Counted from the stretch's first letter, positions 42,202 through 54,333 are shown. The stretch: 64,000 bases of DNA from an uncultured delta proteobacterium (GCA_963806225.1 CAWDXG010000004.1:1408001-1472000); one strand, 5' to 3'. A program made the numbers and translations. Notes: a model not told the origin generated them from the letters alone.

Positions 42202-42693
42202 CTACTCGTCGCTTCCGGCCTGGGCGTTCTTGGGCACGCTGATGTCGTCCTTCGTGCCCTTCTTCTTGTCGGGGCCGGACGACGTCACGATGATCTCGTC
42301 ATCGGTGCAGGTCAGCGTGTAGGGCTGCCCCCACGGATCGTTGGTGTTGGTGGCCGAGTCGATCTGCTTTTCCTGCACGAGCTGGCTCATCGTCGGGCAG
42401 GTCGTCTCGTTGCTGGTCGCCTGCCAGCTCTGGATCGCCTGGCGGATCGTGCGTGCGCCAGTCTCGGCCGTCTTGATCTGCGCTTCCTTGAACTTCGGCA
42501 GCGCGAACACAGCCACGCCGCCGGCGACCATCGCGATGATGGCTACGACGATCAGGACCTCGACCAGCGTGACGCCGCGCTGTCCTTTGCGGTAGGCCCG
42601 CCGCATCCCGGAAAGCAGCGTGCGTGGAAAATCGGCGCGTGTATGATCCGTCGCCAGGGCTTCGTTTGCCGGGGGGTGCTCGAACTCGTTCAT
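42202..42693 (-). CDS. gspG: Major pseudopilin G (start may be 42606)
   Basis: QRG/VTLVEVLIVV, DPWGQPY, SSGPD..GTKDDI. Confidence 0.88.
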   Translation of the reverse strand: MNEFEHPPANEALATDHTRADFPRTLLSGMRRAYRKGQRGVTLVEVLIVVAIIAMVAGGVAVFALPKFKEAQIKTAETGARTIRQAIQSWQATSNETTCPTMSQLVQEKQIDSATNTNDPWGQPYTLTCTDDEIIVTSSGPDKKKGTKDDISVPKNAQAGSDE

Positions 42694-42707
42694 GGGGTCC
42701 TCGTTCG

Positions 42708-43127
42708 CTATTCGATGCGATCCAGCCCGCCTGGCTTGCCATCAGGGCCGTCGCTCATCAGCTCGTATTCCGCGTCCGGATGCTCTGCCGGACAAATCAG
42801 CCGTAGGCGCCGCCCCCACGCATCGCGCGGAGGCGTTCTGAAACTCCCGTAGTGTGCCACCGCCGACAGCGACGGTGGGCAAGCCCCATCGTGATCGGCG
42901 ACATAGGCGTCGACCGCCTGACGGACGTCTAGCAGGGTGGCCCGGGTCTGGCGAATCCCCGCTCTCTGGCGCTCCCGCGCGCCGATGAGCACGATGAAAC
43001 CCACCACAGCAACGCCAACGAGGAACGACCGCACGCGGCTCAGTCCGAGCCAGCGCCGGATGCCGCCGCGGCTCTCCCATGGGAAGAAGATCCGCTCCTC
43101 GCCCCGACGGCGGCGCATCATGGCCAT
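42708..43127 (-). CDS. GspG-like pseudopilin lacking a canonical prepilin cleavage motif
   Basis: TM segment, AVDAY, DAWG, LMSDGPDG; no G/FTLIE. Confidence 0.7.
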   Translation of the reverse strand: MAMMRRRRGEERIFFPWESRGGIRRWLGLSRVRSFLVGVAVVGFIVLIGARERQRAGIRQTRATLLDVRQAVDAYVADHDGACPPSLSAVAHYGSFRTPPRDAWGRRLRLICPAEHPDAEYELMSDGPDGKPGGLDRIE

Positions 43128-43167
43128 GTTGCGGCTCCTCGCTGGGCGTTGTCGGCAGGGCTCGACA

Positions 43168-44394
43168 TCACTTCACCAGATCGTTCATCTGGATGAGCGG
43201 CATCAGGATGCTCATCGCGATGAACCCGACGATGCCGCCCATCACCACGATGAGCAGAGGTTCGAGTAGGCTGGTCAGCGCGGCGACCTTGGTCTCCACG
43301 TCCGCCTCGTAGGCACGCGCGACGTTCTCCAGCATCGGTTCGAGCTGACCGGTCTTCTCGCCGACCGCGATCATGTGCGTCACCATCGGCGGGAACCAGC
43401 CGCTGCGCTTGAGCGGCTCGGCGATGCTCTCGCCTTCACGGATGGACCCGATGGCGTCACCGACCACGGCCTGCAGGCGCGAGTTCTCCAGCACGTTCCT
43501 GCCGATCTCCATCGCCGTGAGCAGGGGCACGCCACTCGACAGCAGCGTCGCGAGCGTGCTGGCGAAGCGCGCCACGGCAACCAGCAGATTCAGCCGCCCG
43601 AAGAGCGGCACCTTGATCTTGAAGGTGTCGAACTTCATGCGGCCCTCCGGCGTGTTCTTCCAGCGCCGGAACAGCAGTGCCCCCGTGATGACCAGGCCGC
43701 CCAGAAGCCACCAGTAGTTGGCCATCGTGTCGGACACGAAGATCAAGAGCCGCGTGTACCAGGGCAGCGCCTGCCCCAGGTTGTCGAAGATCCGGGTCAC
43801 CTTCGGCACGACTGCGACCATCAAGAGGCTCACCAGCAGCGTTCCGATGATCGTCATGAGCACCGGATACGCGAGCGCGGCGACGACCTTGCCCTTGAGC
43901 CGCGACTGCGCCTCCATGAAATCCGCCAGGCGCTCGAGCACGCTCTCCAGCGTGCCGGAAGCCTCGCCGGCGGCGACCATGTTCACGAACAGCGGAGGGA
44001 AGACCTTCGGGTGCACCTCCAGGCTCTTGGCGAAGCTGGTGCCCTCGTTCAGACTCTCCCGCACGCTGGTGAGGACCCGCACCAGGGCTTCCTTCTCGAC
44101 CTGCTCGGTCAAAGCCGCAACCGACTCCACCAGCGGCACGCCGGCGCGCACGAGCGTCGCCAGCTGCCGGGTCATCACCGCGACATCCGCGGAGTTGGCC
44201 CGGCGGAAGAAGGCCATGAGGTCGATGTCGCGGCGGGACTTCTTCTTGCGCTCGCTCTCCTCGGTCGCAAGCGTCAGCATGATCCCGTCGCGGCGCAACA
44301 TCGCCCGGAGCGCCTTCGCGTTGTCGGCATCACGGTAGCCCTTCACGGACTTGCCGGAATCGATCTGGATGCCTTTGAACTCGTAGACGGCCAT
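43168..44394 (-). CDS. gspF: Type II secretion inner membrane platform protein F
   Basis: TRQLATLVRAGVPL, AGEASGTL, YP, VGEKTGQL, LLEP. Confidence 0.95.
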   Translation of the reverse strand: MAVYEFKGIQIDSGKSVKGYRDADNAKALRAMLRRDGIMLTLATEESERKKKSRRDIDLMAFFRRANSADVAVMTRQLATLVRAGVPLVESVAALTEQVEKEALVRVLTSVRESLNEGTSFAKSLEVHPKVFPPLFVNMVAAGEASGTLESVLERLADFMEAQSRLKGKVVAALAYPVLMTIIGTLLVSLLMVAVVPKVTRIFDNLGQALPWYTRLLIFVSDTMANYWWLLGGLVITGALLFRRWKNTPEGRMKFDTFKIKVPLFGRLNLLVAVARFASTLATLLSSGVPLLTAMEIGRNVLENSRLQAVVGDAIGSIREGESIAEPLKRSGWFPPMVTHMIAVGEKTGQLEPMLENVARAYEADVETKVAALTSLLEPLLIVVMGGIVGFIAMSILMPLIQMNDLVK

Positions 44395-44425
44395 CAGCTA
44401 CCCGTCCGTCGCCTGAGAGCGCCCC

Positions 44426-46196
44426 TCACTCGACGAAAACGTCCTCCTGCGTTGCGGCCACCACTTCCTCCACGGTCGTCTTGCCGAGCAGCACCTTGCG
44501 CGCGCCGTCGTCCCTGAGCGAATCCATGCCCTGCAGCTGCGCGGCACGCTTGATGCTCTGCGCGTCGGCATTCTGCAGCACCAACGCACCGACCGCGTCG
44601 TCCGCCACCAGAAGCTCGTAGATCCCCATGCGGCCCGTGAAGCCCTTGTCGTCGCAGCGATCGCAGCCGCGGGCCCGGTACACCATTGGCATTCCGGGCC
44701 CTCGCCAACCGATCGGCGTGTAGTCCACCTCGTGAGCGGTGTAGCGCGGCGACAGCTGCCGCTCATCGCGGCGGCGCGTGCGCTCGGGGTCGATGCCGAG
44801 CTGCGAGAGCTCGAAGGCGCTCGCCTCGTACGGCTCCTTGCAGTGCTCGCACAGCACGCGCACCAGGCGCTGCGCCAGGATGCCGATCACAGTCGAGCGA
44901 ACCAGGAACGGCTCGATCTCCATTTCCACCAGGCGCGTGACCGCGCCCGAGGCGTCGTTGGTGTGGATCGTCGAGAGCACCAGGTGACCGGTCATCGACG
45001 CGTGGATGGCGATCTCGGCCGTCTCCTTGTCGCGGATCTCGCCGACCATGATCACGTCGGGATCCTGCCGCAGGAACGCGCGCAGCGAATTGGCGAAGGT
45101 CAGGCCGATCTTCGGCTGCACCGGCGACCTGGTGGATCCCGCCGATCTCGTACTCGACCGGATCCTCGGCGGTGAGGATGTTGATGTTCGGCCGGTTGAT
45201 GCGGTTGAGGCAGGCGTACAGCGTGGTCGTCTTGCCGCTGCCGGTCGGGCCGGTGACCAGGATGATGCCGTTCGGACGATGGATCAGCTGGTCCATCAGG
45301 TAGTAGTCGCGCGGCGAGAACCCGAGCTCCGCCAGATCGAGCAGCACGTTGGTCTTGTGCAGCAGGCGCATCACGATGCGCTCTGCATCGCGGCTCGTGG
45401 GGATGGTCGAGACGCGGACGTCGATGCTGCGCCCCGCGATCTTGAGCGAGATGCGGCCGTCCTGCGGGAGGCGCTTTTCCGCGATGTTGAGCCCCGCCAT
45501 GATCTTCACGCGAGCCACGACCGAGCTCATGAACTGCCGGCTGGCACGACGCGCCACATACAGCTGGCCGTCGATCCGGTAGCGGACGAGGACTTCCTTC
45601 TCCTCGGGCTCGATATGGATATCGCTGGCCCGCTCCTTCACCGCCTGGGAAAACAGGTGGTTGACCCAGCGGATGATGGGCGCATCCTCGTCTGACTCGA
45701 GGATGTCGACTTCATCCTCGTCGCCCAGGTCGTCGGTCGACTCGAGCTCGCTCGTGGTGTCCTGTTTCTCGTAGACGCGGTTGATCGCGTCCACCACGAC
45801 TTCAATGCCCGCGGCGCGAGCCGCGACGGGCTTGCCGAAAATGGCGCGCACGTCGTCGAGCGCCCCGGTGTCCAGCGGATCGGCGCACAGCACCTCCACC
45901 GAATCGTCGTTCTCGGCAACCACCAGGATCTTGTGGTTCTTCGCGTAGCCGATGGGCAGCCGAGTGGCGGTCGCGAGCGGCACCGCGTCGGCGTCCACGC
46001 GCTCGACGAACTCCATCCCGCACTCCGCCGCGAGCGCCTTCGCAATATCGCTCTCGCTGGCGACCTGGCTCTGCACCATCAGGTCCACGAGCGGCGAGCC
46101 CTTCTCCCGTTGCTGCGCGTAGAGCGGCTCGAGAGCATCGGCCGTGGCGACGCCGTGCCGGACCAGGATGTCGCCGAGAACGCGTTGCTCGAGCAT
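44426..46196 (-). CDS. gspE: Type II secretion ATPase E; +1 frameshift near 45123
   Basis: [29 protein letters not shown] then [24 protein letters not shown], CxxC...CxxC. Confidence 0.94.
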
Positions 46197-46204
46197 CGCC
46201 GCCA

Positions 46205-48748
46205 CTACTCCATCCGCTCCACGTTGACGCTGCGTGAGACCGGGTTGATGCGGATCGGCGACTCCAGCTGACCGGTTGGCCTGCGGCGGACCGGCGGCGT
46301 ACGCGGGGTGGGACGCCGGCGGATCCGGCGCGGGCGCGGCGCCGGACGCGGAGCCTGGAGCGTCGGGTTGTTGCCGGACTTGACGTTCGTCGGCAGGTCG
46401 ATCGGTTCGCTCGGCGTGTGCTCGAACGCCTCGCTCGGCTTGCTCTCCTCCTCCAGACGCTGGCGTTCCTGGACCTTGAAATACGACTGGCGGATGTCCT
46501 CGACGAGACCGTTCGTGCGCGTCCAGTCCTTGGGCGGAGTCCACTCGTTGTTGTCGAACACGAAGTAGCGATCGAGAAACTCCTGCCGCTCTTCCATCTT
46601 GCGCTCGAAGATCTTGCGCAGGTCGTTCTGGCTCTGGATCACGTAGGGCGTCAGGATCAGGAGCAGGTTCGTCTTGCGGGTCTGCTTTTCCGTTTTCCGG
46701 AACAGGAAGCCCAGCACCGGCAGGTCACCCAGCACCGGAACCTTCGTGCGCGTCTTGACCACCGAGTCGCGCATCAGCCCGCCGATGACGACGGTCTGCT
46801 GATCATCGACGACGACCGTGGTCTTCGCCGTGCGCTTGGTGATCGGCACCGCGCCCAGCGCGCCGACCGCGGCGCCCGGATTGCTGATCTCTTCCTCTAT
46901 CTCGAGGCGGACCTGGTTCTTGCTGTTGATATGCGGCGTGACCTTGATTTTCGTGCCAACGTCCTGGCGCGGCGCGCTGTAGCCGCCCAGTCCCAGCGCG
47001 CCGAGGCCTCCCAGCGCCCCCAGGTTCGCGCCCTGCGCACCGGCAGCACCGGCGAGCGCGCCCAGGTTCGAGAGACCGCCGCCGACGTTCGTCTGCAGCG
47101 GGATGTTCTCGCCCACGTTGATCTCGGCGGGAACATTGTTGGTGGCGATGATGTGCGGCGTGGCCAGCACGTTCGAGTCGCTGTTGCTGGCTACCGCGTT
47201 GAGCACGACGCCGAAGGCCGGAATGCTCAGCCCCGTGCCCAGGAGCTGCGACGTGCCAGGGAGGTCGGGGCCGCGCGCACCGAGCGCGGCCCCCTGCAGA
47301 GCGTCCTGGTTGATCGGGAACGTCGTGGACTTCGCGGCGTCGAAGCCGCCGAGGAAGAGCGTGTCGCCGCCACCACCGATATTCGCTGTCGTGCCGCCGT
47401 GGAATGCCACGCCCAGGCTCGTGGAGTGATCGACCCCGACATCCATGATCACGGCCTCGATGAACACCTGCCGTCGACGCATGTCGAGCTCGTCGACCAC
47501 GAGCCGCATCTGCGCGTAGTCGCGCCCCGACGAGGTGATGATCAGCGAGTTGGTAGCCTTGTCCGCAGTCACCTGCACCTGACCGTCGAACAGCTCGCCG
47601 GCTCCGCCGGGCTGCCCCGGCTTGCCGCCCTTCTGGGCGCCGTTCAGCATCTGCGTGAGCGTCTTCGCCAGCTCGTCGGCGACGGCGTTCTGGAGCGGCA
47701 GCACGTGCACCTTGCCCTCCGCCGCGGGCTTGCTGTCCAGCCGCTTCATCAACTCGAGCAGCTTCTTGTACGAATCCGGCTGGCCCACGATGATGAGCGA
47801 ATTGGACTGGTCGTCGGGGACGACCTTCACCAGACCGCCGGCGCCGGGCGCGCCGTTCGCGCCGTTCGCGCCGGGCTTGCCGTTCTGCCCGAGATCGAAC
47901 AGCTCGTTGATGCGCTTGGCCAGATCATCGGCGGCGCCGTAGTGAACCGGCTCGATCCACATCTTGTTGCTCGCCCCGCCGACGTCGACCTCCTCGATGA
48001 TGCGGATCATGCGCTGGATGTTGGCGCCCGTGTCCGTCAGGATGAGCAGCTGCCCGGGCGCGTACACGGAGATGTCGCCCTCTTTGCTCTTGAACTTGGA
48101 GAGCAGCTGCGCCACCTCCTGCGCATCGACGTTACGCAGCCGGTACAGGCGCGTGATGAAACGGTCCTCGTTGGGTACCGGTGCGCCGCGTGAATAGATG
48201 GGCGTGTCCTGCGTCACGATGCCGCCGCTGTCGACGATCTTCAGGAAGCGGCCGTGCGGAACGACCGTCATGCCGTTGGCATCGAGGATCGACAGGAAGG
48301 CCTGGTACGCCTCTGCAAGCGTCACGGGGCTTGGCGAGACCACCGTCGCCTTGATGTTGCGCACCTTCGATCCGTAGATGAAACGCTTCCCCGTCATGCC
48401 GCTGATGTGATTGACCAGCTCGGCCAGGTCGGCGTCCTGAAGGTTGAACTTGACGCGGAACCCCGCGGGCTTCGGCCGATACGGCGTGTCGGCGGCCTTG
48501 GCGATGGCGTCCATCGTCGTCGGCAGCGGTCCAGCCTGGCCGGGAAGCGCGGGCGCCGCGGGCGGCTGGGCCGCAGCGGCTGGTTTCTTCTGCGGCGGCG
48601 TTCTCACCGCGGGCTTCTTCGCGGTCGGCAACTTGAGGACCCCGGGCTTCGGACGAGCACGGATGGGGGGGGCCTGGGCCACGGCCGGGGCTGCCAGAAG
48701 CAGCACGAGGGGGCCGGCGAGCCACAACATTGCACGAGTAGGGGACAT
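46205..48748 (-). CDS. gspD: Type II secretion secretin D
   Basis: Signal peptide, N0 FNLQDADL, QVFIEAVI, DVGTKIKVTPHIN, KVPVLGDLPVLGFLFR, LLLILTP. Confidence 0.94.
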   Translation of the reverse strand: MSPTRAMLWLAGPLVLLLAAPAVAQAPPIRARPKPGVLKLPTAKKPAVRTPPQKKPAAAAQPPAAPALPGQAGPLPTTMDAIAKAADTPYRPKPAGFRVKFNLQDADLAELVNHISGMTGKRFIYGSKVRNIKATVVSPSPVTLAEAYQAFLSILDANGMTVVPHGRFLKIVDSGGIVTQDTPIYSRGAPVPNEDRFITRLYRLRNVDAQEVAQLLSKFKSKEGDISVYAPGQLLILTDTGANIQRMIRIIEEVDVGGASNKMWIEPVHYGAADDLAKRINELFDLGQNGKPGANGANGAPGAGGLVKVVPDDQSNSLIIVGQPDSYKKLLELMKRLDSKPAAEGKVHVLPLQNAVADELAKTLTQMLNGAQKGGKPGQPGGAGELFDGQVQVTADKATNSLIITSSGRDYAQMRLVVDELDMRRRQVFIEAVIMDVGVDHSTSLGVAFHGGTTANIGGGGDTLFLGGFDAAKSTTFPINQDALQGAALGARGPDLPGTSQLLGTGLSIPAFGVVLNAVASNSDSNVLATPHIIATNNVPAEINVGENIPLQTNVGGGLSNLGALAGAAGAQGANLGALGGLGALGLGGYSAPRQDVGTKIKVTPHINSKNQVRLEIEEEISNPGAAVGALGAVPITKRTAKTTVVVDDQQTVVIGGLMRDSVVKTRTKVPVLGDLPVLGFLFRKTEKQTRKTNLLLILTPYVIQSQNDLRKIFERKMEERQEFLDRYFVFDNNEWTPPKDWTRTNGLVEDIRQSYFKVQERQRLEEESKPSEAFEHTPSEPIDLPTNVKSGNNPTLQAPRPAPRPRRIRRRPTPRTPPVRRRPTGQLESPIRINPVSRSVNVERME

Positions 48749-48759
48749 TCTTGTTCTTG

Positions 48760-49752
48760 TCACTTGATGTGGAAGTCGATGGACATCGGCTGGCCGCGAC
48801 GATTGATCTTCACGTTCAGGTTCGAGGCGGTGCGCAGGCGCGCGTAGGCTTCGAGCGCCTTCTCCGGGCTGCTCATGTTGAATCCGTTGATCGCCTCGAG
48901 GCGATCGCCGTTCTTCATGCCGAGTGTGCCGAGCAGCGTGTCGGGCCGGATACCGAACATGCGGATGCCGACGACCTTGCCGTTCTTCTGTTCCGGCACG
49001 ATGCGCGCCGACCGCATCAACTCGGCCTGGTTCTCGAGGATCTTGTCCACGACCGAACGGTCGACATTGAATTCGGTGTCGCTCACCTTCTGGATCTTCG
49101 ACGCGATATCCTGCGGGACCGTCGCCGGCCCGCCGCGATGGTGAGCCCGCGGCGCCGGACTGGCGGGACGAGGCGTAGCCGCCGGCGTCGGCTTCGGCTG
49201 CTCGCTGAAGAGCACTGCCTGGCACAAGGCCGGACCGTTGGTCATCCAGACTGCCGGACTCTGCTCGCGCGGGTTGTAGCCGATGTACACGACCTCGCTC
49301 GGGCCGATGTGATCGCCCACGCGGCGGATGCTCGCCTTGGGCTCCCCCGGGCCCTGCACCGCCGCAAGCGACCAGGTCGGATCGGGAGACTCGGTAACGA
49401 TGTTGACCCGCATCCCGTCGCAGGCCGGCGCCGACAGCGGATCGGATATGTCGGCCTTCGACGCGTTCGGCAGCGACTCATCGAGCGGCTTCGCGTTGAG
49501 CGGGCCGGTGACCGAATCGAACGGATTGCGCGACAGGATCGGCTCGGCGCTCTTCTCCTCGGCGCGGGGTCGCTGGTTCAGCGCCGCCAGGTCACCCGGA
49601 CCCGGCGGGCGCGAGGCCAACGTGCTCTCGTCCGGAGCGAGCGCGGCGCCGAGGAGCTGCGTCGCGCCCGAGGCCTCGAAGTAGGCAGCGAGCGCGACCA
49701 GTCCGAGGATGACCACGGAGAAGTACTTCTTGAGCAGGGTGTCGAAGGGCAC
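48760..49752 (-). CDS. gspC: Type II secretion protein C (PDZ)
   Basis: TM, LSRNPF, HR domain, PDZ GIRMFGIRP..LG.KNGD..INGF; directly upstream of gspD. Confidence 0.88.
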   Translation of the reverse strand: MPFDTLLKKYFSVVILGLVALAAYFEASGATQLLGAALAPDESTLASRPPGPGDLAALNQRPRAEEKSAEPILSRNPFDSVTGPLNAKPLDESLPNASKADISDPLSAPACDGMRVNIVTESPDPTWSLAAVQGPGEPKASIRRVGDHIGPSEVVYIGYNPREQSPAVWMTNGPALCQAVLFSEQPKPTPAATPRPASPAPRAHHRGGPATVPQDIASKIQKVSDTEFNVDRSVVDKILENQAELMRSARIVPEQKNGKVVGIRMFGIRPDTLLGTLGMKNGDRLEAINGFNMSSPEKALEAYARLRTASNLNVKINRRGQPMSIDFHIK

Positions 49753-49769
49753 GGGTCCGGAGGGGTTAA

Positions 49770-49785
49770 AGCGAGAGGCGTGCCA
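49770..49785 (-). promoter_or_regulatory. sigma54 -24/-12 promoter of the gsp operon
   Basis: Minus strand TGGCACGCCTCTCGCT: GG-N10-GC spacing, 17 bp before the gspC start. Confidence 0.7.
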
Positions 49786-49949
49786 GGGGTCAATGCAGAA
49801 AAAACGCTGGGAATTCCAGCGGGTTGGAGACCGACAGCGAGCGTCGGGGGCGCCAACCTGGCAAAGCCAGGCCCTGACAGACGCTCAGTGCGACAAAGTG
49901 TCAAGCTGACCGAGCGGCCAGTTCCTGCCGCCCACGGGCCGGACGCCGC

Positions 49950-51377
<1,428 letters not shown>

Positions 51378-51517
51378 GTCGCCATCCTGGCATCAGTCTG
51401 ACAGCAGGTCAATTACGGCGCCGGTACTATCCGGAGAAACCGTGTTATTCCGGGGAGATCAGGCCACTCATCAGGTGCATCTGGAGCTTGCCAGGGTCAG
51501 ACCTCGGGAGGGCTGCT

Positions 51518-52522
51518 CTAGCGTATCAGCAGGTCGATCGTCACCGGATGTCCCCGCCGATTGACCTGGATCTTCAGCGAGCCCGCGCCGCGCATCTTGC
51601 CGTACCCCTCGATGGCCTTGTCGGGGCTCGTGACCTTCACACCCCCGACGGACTCGACGCGGTCGCCGCTCTCGAGCCCGAGCTTGCCGAGCAGCGTGTT
51701 GGAACGGATGCCGAAGATACGGATGCCCTTGATGTTCCCGTTCTCGCTCTCGGGCAGGACACCGCTGCTCGGCATGAGCTGATCGGGTTGACCAAGGATG
51801 TCGTCTACCGCAGCGGGCGAGACGCGCACCTGCGTGTCGCTGAGCTGGCGGATCCTGGATGCGAGCTTCGGATCGACCTTGGACAGCGGCTTGTGCTGCG
51901 GTCTGGGCGCGGACGGGATCGTGACCGGCGTGGGCGGCGGCGGCGAGCTGACCGGTGGCACGCCGCCCGGGGCCCCGGCCCTGGGCGCATCTGCGAACAA
52001 CAGCGCCTGGCACAGGGATGAACCGTTCTCGAGCCATACCGCTGGGCTGCGCGCACGCGGGTTGTAGCCGATATAGGCGATCTTCTGGTCACCCACCGTG
52101 TCACCCACACGGTACACGTCGGCCTTGTCGTCCCCGTCGCGCTGCAGGGCTGCCCGGGACCACGCCGGGTCTTCCGCTTCGGTCACGATGTGCACGTGGA
52201 TCCCGGGACAGGCCGGCGCCTGGAGCGGGTCGGTCGACGATACCGCCGCGGACGGCACGTTGTGCACCGGGTGCTCGTCGAGTGGCCCGGTCACCGAATC
52301 GAAAGGATTGCGCGACAGGATTGCTTCCGCGCTCTTCGCCCGCGCCCGCCCGGGAGCGGCGACGGCGTCCCGGGCGACCGGCGCTCTGGAGGAACCGGCA
52401 CCGCTTTCCAGCGCTGCGCCTGTCAGCGCTCCGATACCTGAAGCCTGGAAATACGCGGCCACGCCGATCAACACGAGGACGAGCAGCGCGAAGTACTTCT
52501 TCAGGAGAACGTCGAAAGCCAC
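51518..52522 (-). CDS. gspC: Second GspC-like protein
   Basis: Colinear with 48760-49752: LLKKYF, ILSRNPFDSVTGPL, APAC, YIGYNPR, SPAVW, LCQA, GIR.FGIR. Confidence 0.8.
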   Translation of the reverse strand: MAFDVLLKKYFALLVLVLIGVAAYFQASGIGALTGAALESGAGSSRAPVARDAVAAPGRARAKSAEAILSRNPFDSVTGPLDEHPVHNVPSAAVSSTDPLQAPACPGIHVHIVTEAEDPAWSRAALQRDGDDKADVYRVGDTVGDQKIAYIGYNPRARSPAVWLENGSSLCQALLFADAPRAGAPGGVPPVSSPPPPTPVTIPSAPRPQHKPLSKVDPKLASRIRQLSDTQVRVSPAAVDDILGQPDQLMPSSGVLPESENGNIKGIRIFGIRSNTLLGKLGLESGDRVESVGGVKVTSPDKAIEGYGKMRGAGSLKIQVNRRGHPVTIDLLIR

Positions 52523-52603
52523 GGTGAGCCCCGGCGCAGGCGCGCGCCTCCCCAAGCGTAGGCCCTCGGCGGTCCAGGCACTAGGCTCGCGAACGCGCGC
52601 TGA

Positions 52604-52996
52604 TCAAGGGTCGCGCGGCCGCCCGGACGCGGGCTTCCCTGCGCGCTCCAGCTTGGCCAGCTCGCGCGGCTCGACAAAATCCTCCGGAGCCAGCACCAGG
52701 CGCTCGACGCGCTCGCCGCGCTCGAGCGCGTCGACGATCTCCTCCAGGTCCGCCTCGGCAACGCGACCGTAGAAGTAGTGGTCGGGCTCGACGGCAATGG
52801 TTGGGCCCACCCAGCACGTGTCGAGGCAGCTCGACGTGCAGGCGCGCACCTCGGTGGCCGCGAGCCCGCGCTTCTTCAGCATGGCCTTGAGCCGCGCGTG
52901 CAGCTCCACCGAGCCTCGCGCGGCGCACGAGCCCTTCGGAGTGCCGTCGGGACGGCGGTTGATGCACACGAACAGGTAGCGCTTACGCTGGGCCAT
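52604..52996 (-). CDS. Thioredoxin-like [2Fe-2S] ferredoxin
   Basis: FVC.N.R...GSC...SSCLDTC..GP..VEP...Y..V. Confidence 0.88.
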   Translation of the reverse strand: MAQRKRYLFVCINRRPDGTPKGSCAARGSVELHARLKAMLKKRGLAATEVRACTSSCLDTCWVGPTIAVEPDHYFYGRVAEADLEEIVDALERGERVERLVLAPEDFVEPRELAKLERAGKPASGRPRDP

Positions 52997-53046
52997 GGGA
53001 GGCGGGAAATGTGCTGGCGACGCGACGGACGGTCAAGCGGGACAGG

Positions 53047-54333
53047 ATGACTGGCACATCAAGAGGAGCTCGTCTACGCTTGTCCGCCTTGGTGGAGCCG
53101 CCGCGCGATCTGACTCTGCCCGACGCGGGCTCGACGACCACGCGTCGCGTGCTGGGCCAACACCTGAAGATCACGCTCTCCCACATGCTGGAGCTTCCGC
53201 TCGGACGCTTCCGCTCGCAGATCTTCGACGACTTCGCCGATGTGCGCGGCATCGTCGAGCGCCTGCTGAGGGAGAAGAAGGCGGGGCTGGTGTTCTCCAT
53301 CCTGCGCCGACCCACGCACTCGACGCTGGTGCACTGCCTGCACGCCGAGCTCTGGGGCGGAGGTGATGTCCGCCATCTGGACGAATGGCTCACCGAGCTG
53401 ACGGCACTGTGGGCGTTCGAGCTGGCCGCCGCGGGCGAGCTCCCTCCGGATGGGCTGCGACCCCGACACCGCCCCGAGCGGCTGCTGTCGATCGCGGCGA
53501 ACCTCGAGCTCGCCGTCGAACCGCGCTGGCGCATCGGCCTGAGGCCGCGCACCCTGGTTCTGGAACACGACAGCGAACGCGTGGAGCTCGATTTCGACGA
53601 GTTGGAATCCGGAAATGGATCTCTGCCCGACGGCGTCGAGATTTCGCGCCCCTACCACACCATCGACAACGGCCTGAAGCTCGCCTGCGCCGACAACAAC
53701 CCACTGGCCGCGTTCGAGGCCCATCCCGACAAGGCCGGGAACGAGCTGGATCTCGATGGCAAGCCGCCGGAGGAGTGGACCCGGAGCCTGGCAGGCGCGC
53801 TCGAACTGGTCGACCAGCACCTGCCGGAGCTCGGCCGGGAAATCCGGCTTGTGATGCAGACGCTGGTCCCGGTGGGCTTCGATGCGGAACGACATCTGTC
53901 GGCTTCCTACGCCGAGGCGATCGGTACCGCCTACCTGTCGCTGCATCCCGATCCGATGACGATGGCCGAAGCGCTGGTGCACGAGTTTTCCCACAACAAG
54001 CTCAACGCCCTGTGGGGCCTCGACCGCGTACTTATCAACGCCTTCAGCCCGCTGTACAGCTCTCCTGTGCGCCCCGACCCCCGACCGCTGCACGGCGTGA
54101 TGCTGGCGGTGCACGCGTTCGTACCCGTCGCCCGGCTCTACGAAACGATGCTCGAAGCGGGCCACGAACTTTCGAAGCGGTCCGGCTTCGAGGAGCGTTT
54201 CCGCCAGATCGCGCAAGGCAACCACGAAGGAATCAGCACGCTGCTCGAGAATGCGGATCCGACACCGGTCGGGCGTGCGGTGCTGGACGAGCTCGAACGC
54301 TGGGACCGCCACTTCGCCGGCGTCCGGGGCTGA
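53047..54333 (+). CDS. HExxH-motif protein (alphaKG-HExxH-like family)
   Basis: SAS.....G..YL, AEALVHEFSHNKL, SPVRPDPRPLHGVMLAVHAF. Confidence 0.8.
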   Translation: MTGTSRGARLRLSALVEPPRDLTLPDAGSTTTRRVLGQHLKITLSHMLELPLGRFRSQIFDDFADVRGIVERLLREKKAGLVFSILRRPTHSTLVHCLHAELWGGGDVRHLDEWLTELTALWAFELAAAGELPPDGLRPRHRPERLLSIAANLELAVEPRWRIGLRPRTLVLEHDSERVELDFDELESGNGSLPDGVEISRPYHTIDNGLKLACADNNPLAAFEAHPDKAGNELDLDGKPPEEWTRSLAGALELVDQHLPELGREIRLVMQTLVPVGFDAERHLSASYAEAIGTAYLSLHPDPMTMAEALVHEFSHNKLNALWGLDRVLINAFSPLYSSPVRPDPRPLHGVMLAVHAFVPVARLYETMLEAGHELSKRSGFEERFRQIAQGNHEGISTLLENADPTPVGRAVLDELERWDRHFAGVRG

